This document shows positions 1 through 15,700 of a stretch of DNA of 64,000 bases, piece after piece. The translations under genes were made by a program, and so were the position numbers. Under the pieces are notes generated by a model. The model had not been told where the DNA came from, did no database searches, and saw nothing but the letters and a program-made list of their open reading frames with translations. The stretch's first letter is position 1, and the number at the start of each line of letters is the position of its first letter. Source of the stretch: Daphnia carinata (Eukaryota); the NCBI RefSeq assembly GCF_022539665.2, contig NC_081333.1, forward strand, positions 6,696,001 through 6,760,000, given 5' to 3'.

Positions 1-1277
1 AGAAATAGAAGATGGCGAAGAAGGTCAAATTCTGGAAACAATGCTGCATCGTTTTCGTTTGATCCACTACAATCTCGGGTGTGCGTTGACTTGCACAAAG
101 AAAAAACTTCCTGCCTGGTAGGGAGCTGACGTGTTCATTAATATGCCCGTTCGTTTTTTGTCATTGAATTGTTAACGTTTATTCTGAAAAGGGGATTCGA
201 GCAAGATGAAGTAACGTGTAACCCGAACAGGAGAGATCCTAATGCGATCTGGAATATTGAAGAAAATATTTTTCCTCGCCGTAACTATTATTGATTTTTT
301 GAATTCTGAATTAAATTTTTTCTTAAATAATGTATATAATTACGATAGTTCCTAATGTTTCGTTCCGCTCTTACGAGAAAAACTTCTTGCAGCGCTTCAT
401 CGAGTCGCACGTTGTTTTAATTAATGGTAATTCGGCTTTGAAGCCGAAAGAAGGAGAAGCAACGTCCAAACCTTGGATGTGGCCAATCAATTTGCGGGTA
501 CAGAAGTCCAATTGAAACATCGTTTGTTTAACGTCTTGTAGAAAATTATTTATTCGCACAGGGCCAGTTTTTTTCTGGTGGTGAATTACAGGTTTATTTA
601 TTGGGTAATCCAATTATTTGGTGGGGGAACCTGGTCTTCATGGTGTTTTACTTAATCCTGTGGGTATCCGTTGGTGTCCGTACAAAAAGAAAGATAACAG
701 TGACAGCAAGAGAAATAAGTAAAAATTGATTTCCTATTCAAGTAGTTCACATCAATTTGTTGTATTGATAATATCGATTTCTCCGTTCACCATTAGTTTT
801 GCAGGAAAGGGCTCTGTCTGCCTGCGGTTGGCTTTGGCTTGGCTGGCTGCTTCATTATCTTCCATTTTGGGGAATGAGTCGCGTTCTCTACTTTCACCAT
901 TATTTTCCTGCGTTGCTATTCTCTAGTATGATGTCAGGTAATGAACTTTCACGTCCGAATGAATACGAATAATTCAGGATTACATATTTGTCTTATTTAG
1001 GAATCCTTCTCGATTACGTAATAGAATCCATACCACTTTCGCTACCCAAGAATTTGTTCAACGCGAGTTACGCTGCTGTATTATCCGCAACGCTATTGAT
1101 TTTGTTTTATAGGTAAGTATGTCCATATTGGATGACTATAGATTACACCACTAATTTAGTTTTTCTTTTATCTTTAGTTTCTATCTATTCTCTCCACTTG
1201 TGTATGGACTAGTTAGGTATGCGGATACTAATTCTACCATGCACCATTTGCACTGGTTGTCCACTTGGGAATTCTAA
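1..1277 (+). CDS. POMT2: Protein O-mannosyltransferase 2-like, copy A (3' part only; 5' end lies outside the window; multi-exon)
   Basis: Spliced exons give the end of the MIR domain ([15 protein letters not shown]...WNIEEN), then [55 protein letters not shown], ending WLSTWEF* (TAA 1275-1277). These are PMT_4TMC C-terminal motifs of POMT2. AATAAA at 1431. Confidence 0.93.
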
Positions 1278-2649
1278 CGCTATCTGCCTTATTTTATTGC
1301 ATTTTTTCAATAGCAATTTTTTTCTTCAACCTCTTTTGATTTTACCATTTTTAAATTGATTTTTCCACTCTGCAGATAAGTTACACACCAAACTATTACA
1401 CTGCATTACTCCTTCTTGCTCCGATAAATCAATAAAACATAATTAGCTTATGGTTTATCAATTACTATGATACTACAGTTACCACTATTTGGATATGTTT
1501 GTCGTTTGAGTACCCGGCATTTCACCGACGAATGCCCTTTTCATATGATCTATAAAATGCGCGAGCTAGGTTATGACGTTGCTGGAGTGGCCGTATGGCA
1601 TTAAAAAATACATACTGTAATTAGTAATAAATGCAAAATGGCACGATTCCATGATTAATGGACAACCTTGTCAACCATGTATTTTCTGTCAAATGAGCTG
1701 TGCCCAGCTACGCGGAGGATACAATCCCAATATCCCCCCGGCCTTACTACTTTAAGTGTATGCACTATATGCTAAGCTAAAAGGGAGGTTATATCATGCA
1801 AGCTATGAAGCTTCAGTAGATCTCGATTTTCATGGTAAATATCTCTAGACATTATTTTACGCGTTCAGTCGGCGTCATCCCAAGTCGTTAAGTTTTTCAC
1901 GCTTGAATGGAAAGTCAGAATTTCCCTTAGTCCTCCCTTTCACAATTTTCTGATTGACTGGATTTAATAAGTTCATTTTTAAAGGGAGTAGCGCACTAGT
2001 TCGTAAGATGTTTTCAAGTCAATAGGGTATTCTAGTGAAAGATGGGTGTGCGAAATGTTTTTGCAAGTATTGAATAGCTATGTTTAAATTCACCTTGCAG
2101 CCCACGAAAACTGTAAAAAACGACCTCAAGGCTACCAAGCGTACCACGTATCGGACATTCAGAAGATGTATTCCTCAAAGGGGCTTAAGGGCAGCAGTAC
2201 CTCACCATCGGTCTTCAAGTGAAGCTGTGTAGCCACGCCAACTATACAAATACGGTAAGCGCAATCTAAAATGTTGGAAAAAACGATATTTTATTCACTC
2301 CAAAAATAGTAAAGCTAAAACTGTTCTAGATCTTTAACAATTTCTTAAAAGGTTGTGATTCCATCAGCCATATTTTGCTAGATTCCAAAATTGTACTTAA
2401 ACCGCATATTATAGTAAAGAAGCTCATATGAGGAAACAGCGAAAACTAAACAGCTAATACCGCTTTTTGCCGTTATTAATCTTTGCACAATTTATTTTTA
2501 ATGCATTTTTCGTTAATCCAGAGTTGTTTTCAAATATCAAAGCATGTGCCACGTGGTACAAGCGTAGTGTGTCCTTAATGATATTCATTTCTCCCTGGCA
2601 TAATGCCCCCTTTTTTTCCAATATTTTCAGTATACGTGTCCGAAAAGCC

Positions 2650-5600
2650 ATGAAAGAAAAACAGAGTCCAGCATGTGCGGTAGATTCCTCGCCAAGTCCA
2701 CCCATCAAAACATCTCTCGACAAGCAATCTGCCTCGCAGCAGTTTGGTCGGCCAGTATTCACTCAAAAGTTCAGGTAACCGACCCTTGTATCTATTCACC
2801 TTGAAATTTCATTGCTTCGTCATGAGCGCTCCTCTTTTCGATCCACTTCATCATATAATTACAAAAGCCTTGTGCTTATATCTCTGATGATTGATGTGCG
2901 TATAAGTAAAGGAGATAGAAACAAAAATGCAAGCGGTGTAGCCTTGCGGCAATATGAATCGTTGATTTACTGACATTATTTTCTCATCTTGAAGGGAGGG
3001 CACCGGCGGCAAGGTGTGGTGGACCATTTTTACCCTTTTGATGGTAGCTACCGTGTCTGTTCGGTTTTACAAATTACGTTATCCAGAACAAGTCTGGTAA
3101 GTCCATCTAATTGATGGAATCAACAACATGGTAATGATTTTTTTTTCTCTATTTCTATGTCACTATCCGACAGTTGGGATGAAACACACTTTGGAAGACA
3201 TGCCAACCAATACCTACAACGGACTTTCTTCTTTGACGTTCACCCACCACTTGGCAAAGTATCATCGTTCACATAATCATTCAAGAACGAAAATGCATAA
3301 CAAAACATGTGACGTTATTTTTGTAATTTTAGATGCTTGTTGCATTGTTTGGTTACTTGGACGGATACGATGGTTCCTTCTGGTTTGAAGTAATTATATT
3401 ACGTCTTTTCCGCAATTTAAAAAAGAAAACGTTTTTTCATGAATATTAAAATATTAGGTCGGGAAAAAATATGGAGATGCCTCTTACATGGGGATGCGAA
3501 TAGTAAGTTGACCTACCTGTCTCCTTTTACTTTTGCTCGAATATAATACATTTAAAAACCAGAAGGTAACCTACAAAAAAAATAAATAAAAAACAATGTA
3601 ATACATTTTTTTAGGGATGTGCTATTATGGGAGCTTTGGTAGTTCCACTCTGCTTCTTGACCATCTGGGAAATGACAGCATCTTTACCAGCGTCTACCTT
3701 CACTGCCCTTTGTCTAATTTTTGGTAGGCATACTCCCTTGTGAAAATTCTTTTTGTCCATTCATAAAGCTTTTCAACTGTGTGCAGTATGAAGGAATTAG
3801 GTTGCAGCGATAGATTCATTGTTAATACTTAACTATGATAGGATAAAGTAAATAATGATAACCAATTTCTTTGTATTCTAAACAGATAACTCGTTGGTAG
3901 TACTGAACCGCTTTATACTTCTTGACCCACTGATGCTGTTCTTCATTTCGGCTACCGTTTTTTCTATGGCCCATTTTAACAAACAAAAAAGGTGCAGTGT
4001 GAAACACACATGCATGTGTCTGTTAACTAGAAAACGTAATTGTATATTTTACATTTATATGTTTTGTTGGTTTGTTCGACAGATCTTTCAGCTTCTTATG
4101 GTGGTTTTGGTTGTCGTCAACTGGCATATTCATGGCCGGATCTTTCAGCGTTAAATTTGTCGGATTGTTTCTCGTTTTCTTGGTTGGACTGCGAGCCATA
4201 TATGATTTGTGGATTATTCTTGGAGATATGTCGCGACCGGTGGTAAGATCTTCAAATTATTTAGAGATTATTTCACTGGAATACTAGACGAAATTAAAAT
4301 GCGAACAATTTTTCTTCGCAATTTTTTTTAGACATATACAGTCAAACATTTCCTTGCAAGAGCTCTGTGTCTGATAGCGCTTCCCGTCGCTCTGTATGTC
4401 GCCATTTTCTACGTTCATTTGAGGATTCTCCATCTCGGAGGGGAAGAAGACGAATTTTACAGCTCTGCTTTCCAAGTGAGTCTCAAAGGCAACATGTTCC
4501 ACAATTCTACTGGACCCCGAGGTATTTATGCCGTTTGATTTCCCACATCTGCGATTGCCTTGTAATCAAATTGTGCAACTTACTTAATCTATTGCGCTCC
4601 GCTCTAATTTCAGAGGTTGCATATGGAGCAGTTATCAGAGTGAAAAATAATGTTCTTGAGGGCCAATATCTTCATTCACATCGAGAGCTCTATCCTGTCG
4701 GTGCAAGACAGCAGCAGATTACCACCGTATACATCAGGGATCCGAATAACCGGTGGTTCATCAAAAGACACAATCAATCTTCTCCTCTGTGGAATGCTAC
4801 AGATCCCATTGATTTAGTCCGTAACGGCGATTTGATCCGAATAGAACATCGAACAACAGGACGCAATCTTCACGTTCATAGAGGACCGGCGCCCATCTCT
4901 AATAAAATGTATCAAGTCACTGGTTATGGCGTGGTACGTAGTCTATTCCCTTAATTTCATTTTGTCTTAAATTTTGTATATAAATGAAGTCAGTTTTAAC
5001 TTTTCTTTGAAGAGAGGAGAAGGTAACGATGATGATTTCTGGCGTCTCGAAATCGAAGGGGCGGCAGAAGGCGAAGTGCTAGAAATTGTGCGACACAGTT
5101 TTCGGTTGGTGAGTCCAAATAATAAATGCGTCCTTACTTCTACGACGAAAAATTTACCAGAATGGGGATTCGGATCTGCTGAAGTGGCCTGCAATCCCAA
5201 AATACATGATGATCGCGCCTATTGGCACATCGACGATAACCGTTATCCACGCCGTAATGAGATACGTTTTAAATTTTTACGTACACAAAAATATTAATTT
5301 TCATTGGTTGCGCCCATTTATTTTGTTTAGTTCCCAACGTCAGCTACACCATATATGAGCTCAGTTTCCTGGAGCGATTTATCGAATCCCATAAGAACAT
5401 GTTTATGGGTAATGCTGGCTTTAGACCAAAAATAAGTGATTTCCAATCTAGGCCGTGGATGTGGCCTATCAATTTCAGGGTATACAAAAACAAAAGCAAG
5501 AAAATTTTTTTATCAAGTTAAGGTATCATGGAGCTATTTTGTTCATTCAATAGGGCCAATTCTTCTCAGTGGAGGGAGTAGTCATCTACCTACTGGGCAA

Positions 5601-6274
5601 TCCAATCATCTGGTGGGGACACTGTCTCTGTTTTCTCTTTTACTTTCTCCTTTGGATCGTGAATGCCGTCATCGAGAAACGATCAGTCAACATCTCAGAT
5701 AAGCAACTCGGTATGAACTAAACTGGTACCCGTAAAAACCTTACGTTACAAGACTAATTTATTTTTTTCGGTTGTGTACGTTACTTTAGATTTGCAGAGG
5801 AGAACACTAAATACGTGCAAATGGCTATTTATCGGTTTCTTGTGCCACTATGCACCATTCTGGCCTATGGCGCGTATATTGTACTTTCACCACTATTTTC
5901 CTGCTCTGCTCTTCTCAAATATGATATCAGGTAACCCAATGTGTAATTGGGTAACCTCACTTTTTTTTGCCTCACCATTGAACGTCGTCTTTCTATTATG
6001 TAGGAATGATGCTAAATTACATTTTGGAAACCTTTTCGGAAAAAATTTCACCCAAGTTCTACACGTACTTCGTTTCGGGACTACTTTTGGTATTTTTTTA
6101 CAGGTAAACCAATGATTTCATCATATTTAAGATAAATTTATTAACAAATGTTTTTTACCTTTAAACAGCTTCTACCTTTTTACCCCTATCACTTACGGAT
6201 ATCCGAATCGTCCGTCACAGTACAACGATTCCCAAATGTACGGCATGAAGTGGATATCGAGTTGGGAATTTTAG
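2650..6274 (+). CDS. POMT2: Protein O-mannosyltransferase 2-like, copy B (divergent paralog, multi-exon)
   Basis: Exon 1 MKEKQSPA...QKFR (ag|gtaacc) splices in phase 2 to EGTGGKVWW...YPEQVC. Then [45 protein letters not shown] repeats (YLHSH, RNLHVH), [23 protein letters not shown], ending WISSWEF* (TAG 6272-6274). The start codon is inferred by analogy to copy C. Confidence 0.9.
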
Positions 6275-7254
6275 TAGATTTAAATCTTTAGTGACAATCG
6301 TTCCGGAAAAGAAAGTTTGGGAAAAACAAACTAAAAAGATTGGAAAAAAATTCTTTTTATCACTGATCCACAGAATACGTGTGTTCCATTCCATAATGTG
6401 TCTGTCCTTTGCTCATCTTGTGCAACAGAATTCATTGGACATGAAGAAAATTACACACTGCATCTCACCATATTTTTTGGCTGCTAAAAGTTGTAAAGAA
6501 AAGATGCAATACGGGATAATGTGATGCTTCGCTTCTTAGAAACACCAGAGAACAAAGTTTTTTTTTTATCTCGTAATCACAAACTTTTAGTTTCGACAAC
6601 ACTCAACAGATGTCATGATTTTCAAAACATTGCCAATTTCTGCTGTCAAAGACATAAGTGTTAAGATGCAGAAAAGTGTTGATATTCAAAAGAGTTTCAA
6701 AGAGAAAAAAAAACAGTGGATCCAGTAATCAATGTTATAGCTTAACAAATAGTAAATAGTAAAAGAGAGCCTCTAGTTCAATGTCCAATACTGTCGGTGT
6801 GACTCTGCTTGCAACCCGTGGAATTTCTTTGGCCGCCGGCATTTCCAAGCATACGCGCTCGGCGTTGGGAGTTAATTCTGGCTTGCCTTGTCAACTTGTG
6901 GCTCCCTAGCTGTGCAAAAGCAGTCGTGTTGTGGCCATCTCTTGCTTCAAGTCATTCGCAATTTTCGCTGTCAAATCTTAGGTAACAATCTTTTATGTAT
7001 GTAGTTAAATTGTGTGTCAAATGTACATTCTTTATTCATAGTAAAAAAATTCACATAATCTCAATTTCACATAAATCAAAACAATCTAAAATAATGAATA
7101 AACATAGTTTGTGACTACACAAGCCTTACCTGGTACTGCTTAGATTGAAATGTAAACTTGAAATTATTAAAATTGCAGATGAAAATGGTTAAATCATTCA
7201 CTAAGGTATTCGTTCCCTGTAAGCGTTTCTTGTTTGGCTACAGGTAAAAAAAAA

Positions 7255-11028
<3,774 letters not shown>

Positions 11029-12715
11029 TCACACACCGGTGTTGTTGCTTTTAAATGGAAATCTACTTTCATTGCCCTTAACCAATATGGATCTTCTTCG
11101 GTTTTTACTTTTTACCACTTCCTTTGGGACAAATTGGAAAACAGTTCGTCGAACATTTAATTACATTTGGTCTTTCTCTGACTTGAATTGTTAACTGGTT
11201 TTCTAATATAGTCCTGTAGGCTACGCAAGTGCACGTTTCAGTATGTAATGACTGAAACTAGAAGTTAATAAAAACTTCGTTAAGAACGATAAAAAAAGCA
11301 AGTAATTGATTAACCATGCTCGTTTAGATAAAACACAATGCTTTTTAAAAGCATGAACGGAGGGAAAATTTGTTTATTGCGCTGTGTTGCAACGGCACAA
11401 AGAAAATATAGAATTGAGCACGAATGACATGTAATGATGGAGTTTTGGTTAACGAGATACGTTCATCCATTTTCAACGGGTTTCTGATGCAAGTTTCCGT
11501 AATAATGGGCAAGGATTGACGCACGATCGCCAAACTTTGAAAACCTTAAGCGCGTTTGTGAAAAACATGATTAGGCAAATTTCGAGAAAGCATGGGCTGC
11601 ATTGCACCCGCATAGAAGGAAATGCTTGGAAAGAACAAAATCCGTTTTTTTTTAATAAGATATTTTATTTAGTTACTTATATTTTGCTTGAGCTCAACCT
11701 GTTTAAATAATATCATAATGTTGTCGTGTTCTCTTCGGAGATATTCGATAAGAAAAAAAAATAAGGAAAGCAAAAAACTAACCCAGTGCAGCGCCCAGCA
11801 TAAATAAGACACAACGAGACACACCTATCAATAAACAAAGAATTGGCAGAAATTTCGGATTTCCACCTGCCACGCCTGAATTTCATTTTGTCGAATCGAG
11901 TTCAACAAATGTGGATGTCCACACCCACTTTTCTTTTTTACACTTCCTTTAAAAGCAATTCTTGTTTTATCTATTTTCATTCATGCCGTTTTGTTTGTTT
12001 CTTTTTTTCTTGTACATGGATACATATATATTGAATGTTACCTTTTTTCTCATGAAAACTTGGGCTGGATGCGTTGGGGAATGATCAAATGAAGGTAGCC
12101 GATCGAGCAAGGCTATATTGCGGTCTAGTTCGTCGCAAAACTTTCTAAGCAAATTATCACTTCTTCGTGCTCACCGATTTCACAGCGAAAAGAAAATTTG
12201 AGGCCCACCATACAAAGCTCCTCTTCTTGCCTCCATATTATTTATCCGTGAGAAAACGGAAGCCGTCCTAACCACCCAATGGCCTTTTCAGAGCATCAAT
12301 CTAAAATGTTAGGTCACTCAAGGCAGTTGAAGGAGGTCGTTTTGCTCAGTTTACTATAAGGTCGAAAAATAAAAAAATCAAGGACGAACACTTCTACTAC
12401 TTATTATAATAATTGTATTTTTAGATATACTGTATAACGGTCAAAATATCGTCACCAAGAAAGCGTATTTCTTTACATTATGTTTGCCAGTCTTAGGTTT
12501 ACACATTTTTCACAGCTGGTTCCACCAGAAGCGCTACAAATTTTTAACATATATTTTGTAGCGCATTTTAAGAAATGAACATCATTCAACGGGACAACCA
12601 GTCCTCTGTTATTGTACAGTCACATACAAAAAAAATCTTCTTCTTTTGGGAGCCATTTGCTGTACAAGCAAAATTAGATTTTGCCCGAAACTTCATCGCC
12701 TCACTTCTAAGGATC

Positions 12716-15700
12716 TTACACCTTTAGAATGTTAGCGATGTTATGCTTGTACTTTCGCTGTACGATGTACTGCCTCAATCCAGATGGTATGCAAAACAGA
12801 AGACTGATACGAAAACGAGTTGCGCAGCCCGGCACAGCGGCATAAACATCCGAAGGTGATTTGGCCATGAGGGCATCGTCGAAACATCGGCATAGGTAAA
12901 CAGGTATGGTGGGTGCCTGGGCTCTGGTGGCAGTTTCCATGTCGTCCATATCGAGCTCCTCAGATTTTGACTTGGCCACACGGTCATGGTAAGCTATAAA
13001 GATTTCCTGATTAGCCAACCGTAACTCAGGGGTCATCTCGTTCCACATTTCGTTCATTTTCCTATTAAAGAGAAACAATGAATAAAGAAAACATTTTAAA
13101 ACAGTTATGGCGTTCCAGCGAGTCACGTTTTGCTTAATCGACAATAATGTTTATGAATATTTTGTTGACTTTACTTGTGGTGTTGATCGAACAGGCATTT
13201 ATCAAGGAACGAGCTATCCGGTTGGACGAGTGAGACATCCACGCCGACACGCGCTAATTCAAATCTTAAGGCTTCCGACAGGCCTTCCACAGCATGCTTA
13301 GTGCCGGAATAAATAGAAAGGCCGGGTTCCGGATCGTTATGACCGCCTGCCAGGCTACCCACGTTGATGATACGTCCTGCCATTGTTTCGAAATGCAAAA
13401 GTAAGAACAACCACTACACCGTGCAAATTGCATAATTACCTCTTCCAGATTTGAGAAGGGGCAAGAAAATGCGGACAGAATCCACCACACCGACATAGTT
13501 GACACGGAATTGCTGTTCACAGTGTTTCTGCGTTTGCCACTCTAATTCTCCACAGACGCAGTAGGTCGCCGCGTTGATCAATGCCCACAGACCTGAATGA
13601 ATTGTTTTATAACATAACTATGGTTATTGAAGGCTGGTTTGTTGAGCAATGAAATGAATGCGGAAGCCTGCGAAGACATGCAACATTGGTCGTTTAGCTC
13701 ATAAAAATTGCGCGGCACGTGTCGTCTTACAGTAGAAGTCTGACCTCTTTGTCCTAAATTCCTGCTGACGGTTTCCCGTCTTCAGATATTCTATACATTC
13801 ACCTAGTTTTCATTACCAAACAAAACATTTTATTTTTTTTCTTAGGAAAAAAATATTTCGTGTTTAAATATCAAACAAGAGAAAGACTGTCTTTGTTGGA
13901 GACTGATTGATAGACCTAAACTACATTTGCAGAAACATCACCGAGTTAGTTTGTCGTCCTTCTTTTCGCACGATTCGCACGCAATAAAAGAATTTTCCTA
14001 CATGACATACGATTTTCACGTTGACGTTTTGTTTGATATTTCGGTGTGAGATTTCTTTTAGAGAGGCGTGAATGTTTTCTTTGTGGAATTGAAAAATGAA
14101 TAAGCGATTAGTAGAGTACGGCTGACATTTTTAGCGAACGGTTTTATGCGTGGCGGGCACCAACAGGTTAGCGCGAGCTAGACACACGTACTACTTATTC
14201 GTCACGAGGTCACCTTCGGCAGGCTTTTACACACACACATACACAAATATAAAAAATAAAAGCATTCAAACTTTCACTACGAGTGTGAGAGAAGACAACC
14301 ATTGTACAGTCAATTTCAAGGATTATGCTCGTTTTCGTTTCTTTTTCCCAACGTAAAGTAAAATATGATATAATGGCTCCAAATGCTGCGTTCACCATTG
14401 TGGGCAGTATCAAGGACCATCAAATTCCTACACGAAATTCCTGTATGTCTTTGAGCGAATAAGTCTAGGACGCGTCGGGCTAAACAACAAACGGGAAAAC
14501 GTAGAATAACTTGCGTCCTTTCTGAAATCAACTTTCTTTTGCGACTTGATTTTCTCCGCATTTCATTCGTCTTCTTTCCCCCGATTGCTATAACCATCTA
14601 GTTGCGCTAGAGTTGCTGCCGGTATTACGAGCGCGCACTTTATCCGGTGAGAACATCAGGAGGTTTCCAAAGAAGTTTCATTAAAATGAGGATGCTAGAA
14701 AACGTACACGGATGCCGTAAGAATCAAGTCATGTAGAACCAATGAGTTTGGCAAAAGTATCCCACCGCTCTTCCACTCATGCTGGAACGAATGTAGCTTT
14801 CTTCTCTGCTTCTTAAGTCGTATCCGGCACACGAAAAACTCTTTCCGACAAGATAGAGATGCTAATAGCTAACCGCAAAAATTCATAGTTCTCGCGTAGG
14901 TTGTGTGGTGAAGATTGAAACGGCAATCTCTTAATCATCGTTTTTCTTTAGAACAAAAAAAAAAAAACTAACAAGCGAGATGTTCACATCGCCTCGGTTT
15001 TTTTGCCGTTATCCAGAAGTACAAGAACAAAACAAAACAAAAAAAGAGCTTCATATTTCTCACTGTCATCGTTAACATTAGGCGCGGCATTAAACAAACA
15101 CGTTGGAATAGAATAAGTTTGACCAGCTGGGAGTCGTCCATCATCGCCCAAGCTTCACTTATCCTTTACGCCCTTAACTCAGTTCAACCCACTTCAAACT
15201 CCCCAAGTCAAATTTACTTGTCAAAATCTTATTTATTTTAGCGGGTAAAGCCGTTAAAGACATCAAGCGATAAACATAAACAACAGAGGTCCGAAACGTT
15301 AGTTCAAGGAATCTCATGAATGGGACCCCGTTGCCGCCATGGCGTGGAACCGATCACTTTACTATAGTTTTTTTGCTTTTTGTTACTTGCTTTATCCATT
15401 AGTTTCAGGACGATTCACAGGGCCCTTAAGATTGTTTTTTTTTCTTGGTTACTGTTACCAAAGCGTAAATTCGGTCAATAAAGTTTCCACTCTACAAAGG
15501 CATGGTGCAACTATCGAGGGCTGCCCTTGTAAGCTTGTAACGCTATCATTATTTGAAACAACAAAAAAAATAACTACATAAATACGTATAGATACTGCGG
15601 TTCGAGGAACGGCATCGTTTCGCAACATTATAACGAAGTAAGAAAAAAAAGCGAGGCCCTTATGGTATTGTTATTATCGTCGGACATTACGGTGCCGGCC

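Noticed and set aside
2454..2799. Minus-strand ORFs of 102 and 74 aa between POMT2 copies A and B
   Set aside because: They are antisense to the plus-strand first exon of copy B (2650-2774), which has a good donor and matching phase; no recognisable motifs.
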